Sequence record: DRR723986_1364
DNA: 52,536 bases
Reading direction: 5' to 3' (one strand)
The first letter of the stretch is position 1. Every line of letters starts with the position of its first letter. The translations under genes were made by a program, and so were the position numbers. The notes under the pieces are model-generated. The model did no database searches and was not told the DNA's origin. It saw only the letters and a program-made list of their open reading frames with translations. Of the stretch, positions 50,747 through 52,536 are shown piece by piece.

Positions 50747-51919
50747 TTACAATTTACGTCGACGTTTTTCAGTCTTTAATAAAGCCAGTTCTCTATTCGT
50801 TTGACCTGCCACTGATGTATTTTCTTCTGCCCTTCTAATAAGGTATGGCATAACATCTTTAACAGGACCAAATGGAATATATTTAGCTACATTATAACCT
50901 GATGCTGCTAAATTAAAACTGATATGATCGCTCATTCCATACAACTGACCAAACCAAACATTATTATCATCTTTACTGATGTCGTATTTTTCCATTAAAT
51001 CCATGGCCAAATAACAACTTGCTTCATTATGCGTGCCTATAAAGACTGATATATCACTTAAATTCTCAAGAATATAGGACAGTGTATTGTTAAAATTATC
51101 ATCTGTAATTTTTTTAGTCTCACATATTGGTGATTTGTAGCCCTTATCCTCTGCTCTGTTTCGTTCTTTCTCCATATATGCACCACGGACAATTTTCATT
51201 CCTATTTTAAAGCCTTCTGCTTTACCTCTTTCGTGTAAATTCTTTAAGTAGTCTAGTCTATCCCAACGATAACACTGCAATGTATTATATACTATTGCTT
51301 TATCTTTATTATATAAGCGCATCATACCTTCTACTAAATCGTCAGCGGCATCTTGCATCCAACTCTCTTCACCATCTATAAGCACTTCTACATCCTTTTC
51401 CTTAGCCAATTTGCATACTGCATCAAAACGCTCAACTATTCTAGTCCATTCTAATTGTTCACTATCATTTAGTGATTGCCCTTCAGTTTTCTTCTGATAA
51501 AGCTTAAAACGTCCAAAACCAGTTGGTTTAAATACAACAATAGGCATAGCATCTCTCTCATCACAGAAATGAATAATTTTTAAAATCTTTTCTAAAGCAT
51601 TATCAAATTGTTCTTCAGTTTCCTTGCCTTCAACAGAATAATCTAAAACTGAACTGACACCTTCGGTATATAATTTGTCGATTACAGGCAAACAATCTTC
51701 TTCATTAACTCCACCACAAAAATGATCAAATACCGTTGATCTTATCAATCCTTCAACGGGTAAATTTACCTTTAATGCAAAGTTAGTAGCAGCAGTACCA
51801 ATACGCACTAAAGGTTGTGAGGAAATCATTTTAAATAAAAAATAAGCACGTTCTAATTCTGAATCTGATTTTAACGTGAATGCTGTAGCAGTATTCTCAA
51901 AAAGGCTATGATTTATCAT
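50747..51919 (-). CDS. Proline dehydrogenase (monofunctional PRODH)
   Basis: KIVRGAYME, GTHN, FGQLYGM and PYLIRRAEEN motifs. Confidence 0.93.
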   Translation of the reverse strand: MINHSLFENTATAFTLKSDSELERAYFLFKMISSQPLVRIGTAATNFALKVNLPVEGLIRSTVFDHFCGGVNEEDCLPVIDKLYTEGVSSVLDYSVEGKETEEQFDNALEKILKIIHFCDERDAMPIVVFKPTGFGRFKLYQKKTEGQSLNDSEQLEWTRIVERFDAVCKLAKEKDVEVLIDGEESWMQDAADDLVEGMMRLYNKDKAIVYNTLQCYRWDRLDYLKNLHERGKAEGFKIGMKIVRGAYMEKERNRAEDKGYKSPICETKKITDDNFNNTLSYILENLSDISVFIGTHNEASCYLAMDLMEKYDISKDDNNVWFGQLYGMSDHISFNLAASGYNVAKYIPFGPVKDVMPYLIRRAEENTSVAGQTNRELALLKTEKRRRKL

Positions 51920-51930
51920 TCTTGGCTAAT

Positions 51931-51946
51931 TATATTTGCAAATATA
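51931..51946. promoter_or_regulatory. Palindrome containing a -7 element on each strand between divergent PRODH and aroB
   Basis: TATATTTGCAAATATA is a perfect 16-bp palindrome, giving TAnnTTTG on both strands. Confidence 0.5.
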
Positions 51947-52010
51947 TTTAATATGGAGCTTTCTTTTTCAGAAAACTAAGTATTTTCACAACTTCAATTT
52001 CACTAAAAAA

Positions 52011-52536
52011 ATGAATTCTATATCTACAAAAAATGCTGTTATATATTTCAATTCTGCAGTCTATAATGAGCTTAATAAATATATAAAGTCTAAAAATCCT
52101 TCAAAAATATTTGTGCTAGTAGATACAAATACTCATGAATATTGCTTACCTGAATTTCTAAGTAATATGGAATCTGGTGATATTGTGGTGGAAGTAATGG
52201 AAATGCCAGAAGGAGAAGATCATAAAACTATAGACATTTGTACTGGAGTTTGGGAAGCCATGTCAGAGTATAACGCAGATCGTAAAAGCTTATTGATAAA
52301 TTTAGGTGGTGGCGTTGTAACAGATTTAGGTGGTTTTGTAGCTAGTACTTATATGCGTGGCATTGACTACATCAATGTGCCTACATCATTATTGGCGATG
52401 GTAGATGCTTCTGTAGGCGGAAAAACCGGAATTGACCTTGGTGCACTAAAAAATCAAATTGGAGTTATCAATGAAGGTAGTATGGTATTAATAGACACCT
52501 CTTTTTTAAATACATTACCTCAAAACCATATGGTTT
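52011..52536 (+). CDS. aroB: 3-dehydroquinate synthase (truncated by the window end)
   Basis: Hand translation MNSISTKN..GEDHKT..NLGGGVVTDLGGF..RGI..VPTSLLAMVDASVGGKTGID..KNQIG. Confidence 0.95.
   Translation, partial: MNSISTKNAVIYFNSAVYNELNKYIKSKNPSKIFVLVDTNTHEYCLPEFLSNMESGDIVVEVMEMPEGEDHKTIDICTGVWEAMSEYNADRKSLLINLGGGVVTDLGGFVASTYMRGIDYINVPTSLLAMVDASVGGKTGIDLGALKNQIGVINEGSMVLIDTSFLNTLPQNHMV

Noticed and set aside
1-52536. tRNA, rRNA, transposase, integrase or prophage genes
   Set aside because: None recognised; intergenic gaps are short and accounted for.

Overview
AT-rich chromosomal window from a Flavobacteriaceae bacterium (Bacteroidota; inferred from the LpxC/FabZ fusion, porX, a T9SS cargo protein and TAnnTTTG promoter elements). 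The left part (1-23.6 kb) is mostly core genome: a complete hisGDCBHAF(IE) operon, SPFH and VWA-like genes, fabG, an orphan sucD, the lpxD-lpxC/fabZ-lpxA-efp-lpxD2 cluster, and HD-porX-tsaE-ald. The right part (23.6-50.7 kb) is an accessory Wzy/Wza/Wzc surface-polysaccharide locus. It encodes four GT4s, a MurJ-like flippase, three AsnB-type amidotransferases, PglC/E/F-like genes, a tandem GNAT/FemAB-like protein and a deacetylase. A 1.3 kaa T9SS-secreted pectate-lyase-like/Ig-repeat gene lies divergent to it. A proline dehydrogenase and a partial aroB end the window. Four features read by hand are missing from the ORF track: (i) a 47-aa secreted micropeptide with its own promoter and upstream operator-like repeats, overlapping a small membrane-protein gene by 59 nt (candidate peptide-signalling cassette); (ii) a 17-aa His leader peptide with a full attenuator; (iii) a flippase that seems to need a non-canonical ATT start; (iv) 21-bp-period direct repeats upstream of two EPS-associated transcription units. 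All product calls come from motif recognition; no database searches were run.
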